DNA of 64,000 nt from Streptococcus parasanguinis (GTDB taxonomy: Bacteria > Bacillota > Bacilli > Lactobacillales > Streptococcaceae). The notes beneath the pieces were generated by a model. That model saw nothing but the letters and a program-made list of their open reading frames with translations, ran no database searches and was not told where the DNA came from. This document shows positions 1-7,521 of the stretch, piece after piece; the first letter of the stretch is position 1, and every line of letters begins with the position of its first letter. Made by a program: the position numbers and the translations under genes. The DNA lies in contig JAWGIA010000003.1 of NCBI GenBank assembly GCA_032560535.1, forward strand, positions 10,842 through 74,841. The letters are read 5' to 3'.

Positions 1-411
1 GACTTTGAAGATGAAAAAATCCGGACCAACTTTGAGAAGTTTGGCAAGGATGCTCGCAAATTGGCTGCAGAATTTACTCCTGAAGAATTGGCTATGTATA
101 TTTTGAGCTTGACCGTTCAAGATCCAGACAGCCTTCCAGAAGTTGAAATTGCGCGTGAAAAACCATTGCCATTTAAACCATCCGGTGGTGGCTTCGGTGG
201 AAAAGGCAAAGGTGGCCGTGGAAATGGCCGTCGTGGAGACCAACGTCGTGACCGCAATCGCAGAGATGACCGTGAAGGTGGACGCCGTGATTTCAAACGC
301 AAGTCCAATAAAAATAGCCGAGACTTTGAAGGCAAAGGCAACAAACGTCCTCATCGTACTTCCAATGAAAAGAAAAATGGCTTTGTCATCCGCAACAAAG
401 GGGATAAATAA
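1..411 (+). CDS. cshA: DEAD-box RNA helicase, C-terminal fragment (5' end outside window)
   Basis: Frame 1 is open from base 1 to TAA 409-411. The tail is basic G/R/D-rich low complexity (GGGFGGKGKGGRGNGRRGDQRRDRNRRDD), typical of Firmicute CshA-type C-termini. The helicase core motifs are not in the window. Confidence 0.5.
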   Translation, partial: DFEDEKIRTNFEKFGKDARKLAAEFTPEELAMYILSLTVQDPDSLPEVEIAREKPLPFKPSGGGFGGKGKGGRGNGRRGDQRRDRNRRDDREGGRRDFKRKSNKNSRDFEGKGNKRPHRTSNEKKNGFVIRNKGDK

Positions 412-420
412 GCCCTAAGG

Positions 421-445
421 ACGGTCTAGCAATAGGCCGTTTTTT
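421..445 (+). terminator. Rho-independent terminator after the helicase gene
   Basis: ACGGTCT (421-427) pairs with AGGCCGT (434-440), 7 bp including one G-U, 6-nt loop, then TTTTT (441-445). Confidence 0.6.
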
Positions 446-460
446 ATATGAAAATCAAAA

Positions 461-493
461 ATACAAGGGTTAACCAGCTGTTAACCCTTGTAT
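461..493. other. Perfect 14-bp-arm inverted repeat (hairpin); terminator-like when read on the minus strand
   Basis: ATACAAGGGTTAAC-cagct-GTTAACCCTTGTAT. On the minus strand it is followed by TTTTGATTTT (complement of 451-460). On the plus strand only ATTTATAAGG follows. Confidence 0.6.
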
Positions 494-694
494 ATTTATA
501 AGGAGACCTAAATGATAACTGACTCTTTTAGAAAAATGTATCATGATAAGGAGCATCCAAAAAAGTCAGACAACAGAAAGAATGAATTCCTAAAATGGAA
601 TATTTCTGTTAACATATTAAGTCTACAATTATTTCTAAGCCTTGTCAAGAATTTTTTCTTATTTTTTTAAAATTTTTGACTAGAAAAATAAAAA

Positions 695-722
695 TTGACA
701 ATCTCTTCTAAAAGTTTATAAT
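695..722 (+). promoter_or_regulatory. Sigma-A type promoter for the epimerase-like gene
   Basis: TTGACA 695-700, 16-nt spacer, TATAAT 717-722, about 40 nt upstream of the ATG at 762. Confidence 0.6.
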
Positions 723-761
723 GAATATAATAACTATACTAATTACAAAGAGGTGTCGCCT

Positions 762-1655
762 ATGGTGATTTCATTAAAAAATGATGATCTAGAAGTACAA
801 TGTAAGACATTTGGAGGGGAATTGAGCTCCATTCGAAGTAAAGAAGGCATAGAATATCTCTGGCAAGGGGATCCAGAGTATTGGTCAGGACAAGCGCCCG
901 TACTGTTTCCGATTTGCGGGAGCGTTCGTAATGGCCAAGTGCAGTATCATCTAAAAGATGGAGTGAAGACAGGCCAGCTTCCAAGACACGGTCTTATTCG
1001 CAAGAGAGAGTTTGAACTCAAAGAACAAACAGACCATCGTCTTGTCTTTGAAATCACCTCTAACGACGAGAGCTTACAAAATTATCCCTACCATTTTCGA
1101 GTGGAAATCGCATATGAATTGAAAGGGAAAGAAATTACCATCACCTATCGCGTGCAAAATCTAGAGTCAGATCAAGTCATGCCTTATTTCATTGGAGGGC
1201 ATCCAGCCTTTCGTTGTCCCCTTTTAGCAGATGAAGACTATGAAGACTACGAGTTGATTTTTGAAAAAGAAGAAACCTGCAGCGTCCCTCTCTTGTTCAC
1301 AGAAACTGGATTGGTCGATCGCCTGCAGCGGACACCATTTTTTGATCATAAGCGTAGCCTACCTTTGCGACATGAACTATTTGAAAAAGATGCCATTATT
1401 TTAGATCAGTTAGCCTCTAAATCTGTGAAGCTTATCTCGAAAAAATCAGGTAAAGGTTTGGAATTTGATTTTGCAGATTTTGAAAATCTGGTCCTTTGGT
1501 CTACTAATAACAAGGGGCCCTTCATTGCCTTAGAGCCTTGGACAGGTATTTCCACATCTGCAGAAGAGGGCGATTTCTTCGAAGACAAAAAAGGTGTGAT
1601 CCAGTTGGACCCTCAAGAGACACGGAGTCATCAGTACCGTATCACCATTTTGTAA
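762..1655 (+). CDS. Aldose 1-epimerase family protein (LacX-like)
   Basis: ORF 753-1655. I prefer ATG 762 (AGAGG at 748-752, 9-nt spacing) over GTG 753. The N-terminus MVISLKNDDLEVQ..GGEL..LWQGDPEYW..APVLFPICG and the GGHPAF motif fit LacX/aldose-epimerase-like proteins. Confidence 0.8.
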   Translation: MVISLKNDDLEVQCKTFGGELSSIRSKEGIEYLWQGDPEYWSGQAPVLFPICGSVRNGQVQYHLKDGVKTGQLPRHGLIRKREFELKEQTDHRLVFEITSNDESLQNYPYHFRVEIAYELKGKEITITYRVQNLESDQVMPYFIGGHPAFRCPLLADEDYEDYELIFEKEETCSVPLLFTETGLVDRLQRTPFFDHKRSLPLRHELFEKDAIILDQLASKSVKLISKKSGKGLEFDFADFENLVLWSTNNKGPFIALEPWTGISTSAEEGDFFEDKKGVIQLDPQETRSHQYRITIL

Positions 1656-1658
1656 ATG

Positions 1659-1695
1659 AAAAACCGTTGGACTATGGAGTCCGACGGTTTTTTTT
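1659..1695. terminator. Bidirectional rho-independent terminator shared by convergent genes
   Basis: AAAAA-CCGTTGGACT-atgg-AGTCCGACGG-TTTTTTTT. It overlaps the last codons of the minus-strand GIY-YIG gene. Confidence 0.7.
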
Positions 1696-1935
1696 GATAT
1701 AGTTTAGCTTAGCTTGGCGTGATTTCTTTTTAAAGAGAGCCTCGGCAGACATAGCAGAGGGTTTATCTGGATAGGATTCTTTGTAAAGAAGTTTAACGGG
1801 GAGGCGAGCCCGTGTGTATTTGGCGCCTTTTCCAGCATTGTGAGTCTTTAGGCGTTTTTCGACATCTGTGGTGTAGCCAGTGTAGAGGGAGCCATCCGCA
1901 CACTCTAGGACATACATGTAAGCCTTAGTTTCCAT
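1672..1935 (-). CDS. GIY-YIG nuclease-superfamily protein (UPF0213/YazA-like), 87 aa
   Basis: ORF 1672-1977. I take the internal start [12 protein letters not shown] at 1935. The GIY-YIG signature is [36 protein letters not shown]. The gene overlaps the upstream gene stop by 11 nt. Confidence 0.8.
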   Translation of the reverse strand: METKAYMYVLECADGSLYTGYTTDVEKRLKTHNAGKGAKYTRARLPVKLLYKESYPDKPSAMSAEALFKKKSRQAKLNYIKKNRRTP

Positions 1936-2671
1936 AGTAGATCTCATGAATCTCGTCTGTATAGCTGCCGTCTTCATTGTGAATAAAGAGAGGAGGCAGA
2001 ATTGTTAAACCATCTAGTGAGCCATCCTTGATCGCCTCAATCAACAACATATTCGCCTCTTTGGTCACTTTTGGATAGACAAACTGGATCCGTTTAGGTG
2101 CAAGATTGTATCGTTTCATAGTTTCGATGATATCTAAAAAGCGATCTGGACGATGGACCATCGCTAAGCGACCATTTGATTTGAGAACCCGCTGAGCCAC
2201 ATGGCAAATCTCATCTAAATTGGTGGTAATTTCATGCCGAGCTAAGAGGTAGTGTTCACTCTCATTGAGATTGGAATGCTCATCCACCTTGAAATAAGGA
2301 GGATTGCAGAGGATGATATCCACCTTACTGCCCTTGATATGTTGGGGTAAATGCTTGAGGTCATCTGTGATCATGGACATTTGCTGGTTCAAGCCATTGA
2401 GAGCAATGGAGCGGGTTGCCATATCCGCTAGACGTTCCTGTATTTCGACACCAATGATCTGGGCCTCTGTACGAGTACTCGCAAAAAGTCCCACGGCCCC
2501 ATTTCCAGCGCAGAGATCTACGATCAAGCCCCGCTTGGGCAATTTTGGAAAGCGCGAGAGCAGGACGCTATCCACGGAATAACTAAAGACTTCCCGATTT
2601 TGTATAATTTTCACATCACTTGAAAAGAGTTGATTGACGCGCTCGCCGTCTTTTAATTCGATATCTGTCAT
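1925..2671 (-). CDS. Class I SAM-dependent N6-adenine-type methyltransferase (TrmN6/YabB-like)
   Basis: 248 aa with SAM motif [11 protein letters not shown] and catalytic NPPYF. Confidence 0.8.
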   Translation of the reverse strand: MTDIELKDGERVNQLFSSDVKIIQNREVFSYSVDSVLLSRFPKLPKRGLIVDLCAGNGAVGLFASTRTEAQIIGVEIQERLADMATRSIALNGLNQQMSMITDDLKHLPQHIKGSKVDIILCNPPYFKVDEHSNLNESEHYLLARHEITTNLDEICHVAQRVLKSNGRLAMVHRPDRFLDIIETMKRYNLAPKRIQFVYPKVTKEANMLLIEAIKDGSLDGLTILPPLFIHNEDGSYTDEIHEIYYGN

Positions 2672-2686
2672 GGCTCTATTATAGCA
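2672..2686 (-). promoter_or_regulatory. Extended -10 promoter placed for a leaderless transcript of the methyltransferase gene
   Basis: The minus strand reads TGcTATAAT-agagcc-ATG, so only 6 nt separate the -10 box from the start codon. There is no SD. Confidence 0.5.
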
Positions 2687-2809
2687 TGAAAAGAGGCTTG
2701 GGAAAAGATGATAATTTTCAATATATTAAAATGATATATTTTTATAAAAACGCTTTCTTTTCTTGTTTAAATATGTTACTATATATTAAAAAAATGGGAG
2801 GTTTTGTAA

Positions 2810-3340
2810 ATGAACAAAACGAAAAAATGGTTAGGTTTAGGTTTATCCGTACTTTCAGTTAGTGTACTCGTAGCTTGTGGAAGCTCAAATTCTCAGTCAA
2901 ATAATTCTTCAAAAGAAACTAAGACAGAGAAAATCGCAACAACTGAAAAAAGTAGTGAGAAAAAATCAGCATATGCTATTGGTGATAAAATTGTCTTTGA
3001 TAAACAAGCTGAGTATACAATTACAAAAGTTGAATGGTCTGATGAACGCAATGATTTTGACCAATCAAATCCTGATAAAGTGTTGAAAGTAACTTATAAT
3101 GTTAAAAATCTTTCCGATAAGGATTTAGCTGTAGGTGTTGATATCAATCTTTTTGTAGGCGGAAATAAAATGGAATCTTATCCTAATACGAATACAATGG
3201 GGTCCATTTCGCCAGGTCGATCAATGGAAGGTGCGGTACAACATTTTGGTGTAAAAGGGGATGGCAAATTAGAACTTGAAATAAAACCATTTACTGCATT
3301 TAATGAAAAACCTGCGATTGTTGCTTTTGATGCACCGTAA
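2810..3340 (+). CDS. Lipoprotein, DUF4352-like
   Basis: Signal peptide with lipobox LVAC-G (MNKTKKWLGLGLSVLSVSVLVACGSS) and SD GGGAGG 2795-2800. The beta-rich C-terminal domain resembles DUF4352; this is recalled, not searched. Confidence 0.65.
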   Translation: MNKTKKWLGLGLSVLSVSVLVACGSSNSQSNNSSKETKTEKIATTEKSSEKKSAYAIGDKIVFDKQAEYTITKVEWSDERNDFDQSNPDKVLKVTYNVKNLSDKDLAVGVDINLFVGGNKMESYPNTNTMGSISPGRSMEGAVQHFGVKGDGKLELEIKPFTAFNEKPAIVAFDAP

Positions 3341-3344
3341 AAAA

Positions 3345-3372
3345 AGAGGCTGGGACAAAAGTCCTAGCCTCT
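3345..3372 (+). terminator. Terminator hairpin after the lipoprotein gene
   Basis: AGAGGCTGGGAC-aaaa-GTCCTAGCCTCT with one mismatch. The downstream T-run is weak. Confidence 0.55.
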
Positions 3373-3524
3373 CAATTGTCTTTGGATTGTCGAGAAAGAC
3401 GCAGTGGTTGAGTGGGCTCTACTACGCTGATTTCATCAGCTTTTACAGCCCTACTAAACTGTGCGGAGGTGGGGCGACGAAATCGAATTCTAACGAATTA
3501 CCGATTTCTGTCCCACTCTCTTTT
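3373..3524. repeat. Structured intergenic repeat (BOX-like family candidate)
   Basis: ORF-poor 150 bp between convergent genes. It has nested hairpins: GCTGAT-ttc-ATCAGC at 3426-3440 and GTGGGGCGACGAAATCG...CGATTTCTGTCCCAC at about 3469-3516. It shares ordered blocks (GAGxGGGCTC, CTGCGGA, GAATCGAA-like) with the reverse complement of 22540-22735. Confidence 0.45.
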
Positions 3525-5864
3525 TTAATCAAATTCATATTTTTGTAGAATCGTTGTGAGGATAAAGACTCCTGTAAAGATGGCCATCAATGCCAGATAA
3601 ACTGGGAAAGTAGTGGCTGTAAGGAGTGAAATCTCGATCAAGTTTTTCAATACGACCGCAGATGCGTAGAATCCTACAACAGAGAAGAGAATGAGGAGGG
3701 CTCGCCAGATATTTAGTGGAAGGCAGGCACGGATGACGGATAGGAAACCGATGGATCCAAGTAAGTAATAGGATACAGTAGACATATCGGCTGCAGACCA
3801 ACCATGGCTTGCTCCCCAAAGGCGAATGAACAAGACACTAAAGACGACCATCAAGGCGCTTGGTAAGGCTAACAGAAGGGAACGTCTTAAGAAGTGTTTT
3901 TCAACCGGTTTGATATTGCGTTCAAAGGTCAACACAAATGGTGGGAATCCTTCGACGAATTGGTCGATCAAGGTGATTTGAATAGGGATGAATGGAAAAA
4001 TCAGCAAATAATTGACGTTGAAGAAAAGGGCACTGGCGATACAGATAACAGCCAAGAGGAAGGAATAGATCGTTTTGATGAAGAAAATCGGAGCGATTCG
4101 TCCAATATTATTGACCACACGACGACCTTCGAATAGAATTTCTGGAACATCATTAAAGTCAGAGTTCAAAAGAACAATATTTGCAATTTGACGGGTTGCA
4201 GGATCTCCTTCAGCCATTACGATGGAGCAGTCTGCTTCGCGAAGAGCAAGGATATCATTGACCCCATCTCCTGTCATAGCAGTTGTCCGACCAGCTGCTT
4301 TCAAGGTTTGGATGAGCAGTTTTTTCTGGTGAGGAGACACGCGCCCAAAGATAGCTGTTTCTTCTGCTTGATCCACTAATTGGTCATCAGAAATTTTTGA
4401 ACAATCGATGTAGTTCTCATAATTTTTGAAGCCAGCTTGTTGAGCGATATAAGAGACTGTCACAGGGTTGTCACCGGAGATGATTTTGAGATCCACTCCT
4501 TGAGAGCGCAAATACTCAAGAGTATCTGAAGCCCCTTCACGAATGGGGTCTGTAATCTCAATAACTGCAATCCCTTCAAGATTTTCAGGCAGTTTCAATT
4601 CCTGCATGCTGATCAGTTCTGAACTGTGAGCCAAGACGAGCACGCGCGATCCACGAGCTTGTGCTTCGACGACAGCAGCTGGATTTTCTTTAAGGAGCAT
4701 TTCAGGAGCACCGAGAAAGACAGTTCCAAGGTTAGATAGGTGCATGGCTCCCCATTTCCGATCACTTGAGAAAGGAATAATGTTTTCCGCAGTATAAGCA
4801 TGCTCCAACTCCCCATAAGCCTTGCGAATAGCTTGAGCAGTAGGATTAGTGTCCTCGCTATATTGCATGTAAGCAGAGAGAATGACCTGGATCGTCTGTT
4901 CCGAAAAATGATCAGATAAGCTATGGAGAGATTCGACTGTCATCTTCCCTTGAGTGATGGTACCGGTCTTATCTAGACACAAGGTATCCACACGCGCCAG
5001 GGTTTCTACTGAGTACATTTCTTGGACAAGAACCTTGCGCATACCGAGCTTAATAACCGCTGTCAAAAGAGACGTAACCGTCAGTAGGGCAATTCCTTTT
5101 GGCAACATTCCCAAGAGAGCTGTGGAAGAATTCACGACAGAATCTTTGATTGGCAGCATCTTGATCAACAGTGCTTCAAAGAAGAGGGCAAGGCCAAATG
5201 GGATGATAATTTTACCAGTGAAGCTTGAAATTTTCGCTAAGTTATAAAGAATACGCGAATTGATAGGCTTCAAGGTTTTGGCTTCCATCATCAGTTTGTT
5301 GGCATAGTTGTTTGCTCCAACTCGCTTGACACGGGCATAGACTTGACCACTGGCAATATAACTACCAGAAAGCAGTTCATCACCAACTTCTTTTAAGACC
5401 AGATCACTCTCACCAGTCAGCATAGCTTCATTGGCTTCAGCGATACCAGACATGACTTCGGCATCACTAGGGATCTGCTCACCCGAAGATAAAAGCATTA
5501 AATCACCTAGAACAAGCTTTTCTGGTGGAATCGCATCTTTTTCCCCGTCACGAATGACAGTCACTAGCTCACGACTCATGAGGTTGAGCTTATCAATCAT
5601 CCGCTTGGCGCGCATCTCAGTCATGATCCCTGTAATGGCATTGAAGCAGATGACTGCGAAAAAGATCATATTGCTCCATGCCTGTACAGCAGCCAAGGCT
5701 ACGGCAATCACAAAGTTTAAGGCATTAAACAAGGTGAAGACGTTGCGCTTAATGATTTGCCAGGTACTGGTACTTGTATTCGTTGTAAAATCATTGGTTT
5801 GTCCGCGATCCATTTTCTTGCGGACTTCACTGAGGGATAACCCCTTTAATTCATTCGTTTCCAT
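3525..5864 (-). CDS. Cation-translocating P-type ATPase (HAD-IC, E1-E2 family)
   Basis: ORF 3525-5870 begins at TTG. I prefer ATG 5864 (METNELKG). Motifs seen: TGES, DKTGTIT, TGDGVNDILAL, and about 10 TM segments. Confidence 0.9.
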   Translation of the reverse strand: METNELKGLSLSEVRKKMDRGQTNDFTTNTSTSTWQIIKRNVFTLFNALNFVIAVALAAVQAWSNMIFFAVICFNAITGIMTEMRAKRMIDKLNLMSRELVTVIRDGEKDAIPPEKLVLGDLMLLSSGEQIPSDAEVMSGIAEANEAMLTGESDLVLKEVGDELLSGSYIASGQVYARVKRVGANNYANKLMMEAKTLKPINSRILYNLAKISSFTGKIIIPFGLALFFEALLIKMLPIKDSVVNSSTALLGMLPKGIALLTVTSLLTAVIKLGMRKVLVQEMYSVETLARVDTLCLDKTGTITQGKMTVESLHSLSDHFSEQTIQVILSAYMQYSEDTNPTAQAIRKAYGELEHAYTAENIIPFSSDRKWGAMHLSNLGTVFLGAPEMLLKENPAAVVEAQARGSRVLVLAHSSELISMQELKLPENLEGIAVIEITDPIREGASDTLEYLRSQGVDLKIISGDNPVTVSYIAQQAGFKNYENYIDCSKISDDQLVDQAEETAIFGRVSPHQKKLLIQTLKAAGRTTAMTGDGVNDILALREADCSIVMAEGDPATRQIANIVLLNSDFNDVPEILFEGRRVVNNIGRIAPIFFIKTIYSFLLAVICIASALFFNVNYLLIFPFIPIQITLIDQFVEGFPPFVLTFERNIKPVEKHFLRRSLLLALPSALMVVFSVLFIRLWGASHGWSAADMSTVSYYLLGSIGFLSVIRACLPLNIWRALLILFSVVGFYASAVVLKNLIEISLLTATTFPVYLALMAIFTGVFILTTILQKYEFD

Positions 5865-5880
5865 AGACAATATGATATCA
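5865..5880 (-). promoter_or_regulatory. Extended -10 promoter placed for a leaderless ATPase transcript
   Basis: The minus strand reads TGaTATCAT-attgtct-ATG, 7 nt between -10 and ATG 5864. There is no SD. Confidence 0.45.
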
Positions 5881-5942
5881 TTTTTTTGAGAAAAAGACTA
5901 TCTAGAATCGGTCCGTTGAGACATTTTTTATCTAAAAAAAGT

Positions 5943-5971
5943 TTGCGGTCAAAATCAGGTTACGGTATAAT
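5943..5971 (+). promoter_or_regulatory. Promoter of the acyltransferase gene
   Basis: TTGCGG 5943-5948, 17-nt spacer, TATAAT 5966-5971. Confidence 0.55.
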
Positions 5972-6039
5972 GAGAAAGAAGGTTCAATATGATTGACTAT
6001 CATGTTGAGAGATTAATGAAATGGATTTGAGGAACAACT

Positions 6040-6786
6040 ATGTTTTATACCTATTTACGTGGCCTTGTTGCCTTTATTCTTTGGGTTTTAAATGGGAATG
6101 CCCATTACCATCATAAGGACAATATTCCAGATCAGGAAGAGAACTACATATTGGTATCGCCTCACCGGACTTGGTGGGATCCGGTCTATATGGCCTTTGC
6201 AACCAAGCCAAAGCAGTTTATCTTTATGGCAAAAAAAGAGCTCTTCACCAATCGTATTTTTGGCTGGTGGATTCGCATGTGTGGGGCATTTCCGATCGAC
6301 CGTGAAAATCCGGGAGCAGAAGCCATTAAGTATCCTGTCAATATGCTGAAAAAGAGCAACCGTTCCTTGATTATGTTCCCAAGTGGAAGCCGTCATTCTC
6401 AAGACGTTAAAGGCGGTGTTGCAATCATTGCTAAAATGGCGAAGGTCCGTATCATGCCAGTGACTTATACTGGTCCAAGAGACTTGAAAGGGTTGGCAAC
6501 GGGTGAACGCATTGATATGAACTTTGGACATCCCATCGATATTTCGGATATTAAAAAGATGAATGACGAAGGAGTGGCAGAAGTTGCCCGCCGTATCCAA
6601 GAGGAGTTTGATCGCTTGGATGCGGAAGCGCAAGCGATCAACACCCCAACAAAACCTTTTATCTTGATTCGTTTGTTAAAAATCCTTTTGATTCCCCTTG
6701 TCTTAGTCGTGGGCATCTTGACCTTGCTCTTTAGTTACCTAGCAAGCTTTGTATGGGATCCAGACAAACATCGGAAAAACAAGTAA
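6040..6786 (+). CDS. plsC: 1-acyl-sn-glycerol-3-phosphate acyltransferase family protein
   Basis: 248 aa with an HX4D-type motif PHRTWWDP, FPSGSR, and a C-terminal TM helix. Confidence 0.75.
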   Translation: MFYTYLRGLVAFILWVLNGNAHYHHKDNIPDQEENYILVSPHRTWWDPVYMAFATKPKQFIFMAKKELFTNRIFGWWIRMCGAFPIDRENPGAEAIKYPVNMLKKSNRSLIMFPSGSRHSQDVKGGVAIIAKMAKVRIMPVTYTGPRDLKGLATGERIDMNFGHPIDISDIKKMNDEGVAEVARRIQEEFDRLDAEAQAINTPTKPFILIRLLKILLIPLVLVVGILTLLFSYLASFVWDPDKHRKNK

Positions 6787-6789
6787 AAA

Positions 6790-6816
6790 AACTGAGAGTT
6801 TTTCTCAGTTTTTTTT
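6790..6816 (+). terminator. Rho-independent terminator after plsC
   Basis: AACTGAGA-gtttt-TCTCAGTT followed by a T-run to 6816. Confidence 0.75.
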
Positions 6817-6821
6817 ATTTT

Positions 6822-6829
6822 TACGAATA
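6822..6829 (+). promoter_or_regulatory. Com-box (cin-box), ComX/SigX-dependent late competence promoter
   Basis: Exact TACGAATA preceded by a T-rich tract (6809-6821), 24 nt upstream of the comEA ATG. Confidence 0.8.
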
Positions 6830-6852
6830 ATAAAAGTGAGAGGAGGTTTCTT

Positions 6853-7521
6853 ATGGAGGATATCATCGAAAAAATCAAAGAATATAAGCTCTTTTTAGCT
6901 CTTACTGCTATCGGACTCTTACTTGGAGGGTATTTTCTTTTTCATCGACCTCAGTCAAGTGCATCCACCATACCGGATCTTTATCAGTCTTCTAGTTCAA
7001 CTTCGAGCAAAGAAAAGGTGCAGACCGCTAGTTCCAAAGAAGAAAAGACGGTTACTTCAGTGTCTGATGCACCCGAGATCATTACGGTCGATGTCAAAGG
7101 AGCCGTCAAACAACCAGGGGTCTATGAGTTGCGCTCCAATAGCAGAGTCCACGATGCCATTTATAAGGCAGGCGGGATGACAGCAGATGCCAATAGCCAA
7201 TCGGTCAATTTGGCGCAAAAACTCTCCGATGAAGCAGTGATCTATGTTGCTAAAGAAGGAGAGGATGTTCCAGTACTTGGAAGTTCAGAAAGTCCTGCAA
7301 CTTCGTCAGCGCCAGCAGAAAAAACAGGCAAGGTCCATTTAAATCGAGCGACCGAGTCAGATCTCCAGACAGTATCAGGCATTGGCCAGAAACGTGCCCA
7401 GGACATTATCGCCTATCGCGAAGCAAATGGTCCTTTTCGATCAGTGGATGATCTGAAGAATGTTTCAGGAATCGGAGAGAAAACACTGGAGAAACTAAGA
7501 GATGCTTTCACGGTGGATTAA
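6853..7521 (+). CDS. comEA: Competence protein ComEA (DNA receptor, helix-hairpin-helix)
   Basis: N-terminal TM, SLBB-like region ITVDVKGAVKQPGVYEL, and C-terminal HhH repeats SGIGQKRAQDII / VSGIGEKTLEKL. Confidence 0.9.
   Translation: MEDIIEKIKEYKLFLALTAIGLLLGGYFLFHRPQSSASTIPDLYQSSSSTSSKEKVQTASSKEEKTVTSVSDAPEIITVDVKGAVKQPGVYELRSNSRVHDAIYKAGGMTADANSQSVNLAQKLSDEAVIYVAKEGEDVPVLGSSESPATSSAPAEKTGKVHLNRATESDLQTVSGIGQKRAQDIIAYREANGPFRSVDDLKNVSGIGEKTLEKLRDAFTVD

Noticed and set aside
3187-3194. Exact TACGAATA com-box sequence inside the lipoprotein CDS
   Set aside because: It has no T-rich tract upstream and no downstream gene start. About two chance occurrences of an 8-mer are expected on the two strands of 64 kb.
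3303-3548. 81-aa plus-strand ORF spanning the lipoprotein stop and the intergenic repeat
   Set aside because: It runs through terminator hairpins and the structured repeat, and it has no SD. Similar pseudo-ORFs are typical of repeat elements.
5989-6030. 13-codon upstream ORF (MIDYHVERLMKWI) whose stop overlaps the plsC SD
   Set aside because: It could be a coupling or leader peptide, but it is very short. Its SD (GAAAGAAGG) is weak, and nothing in the sequence suggests attenuation structures.
6088-6633. Long antisense ORFs inside well-supported genes (6088-6633 in plsC, 18002-18478 in arcB, 28689-29177 across the lipoprotein/coiA region, 35879-36262 in alaS, and others)
   Set aside because: The opposite-strand genes have clear family motifs. 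These ORFs lack SDs and recognisable motifs. Open antisense frames like these are common in moderately AT-rich genomes.
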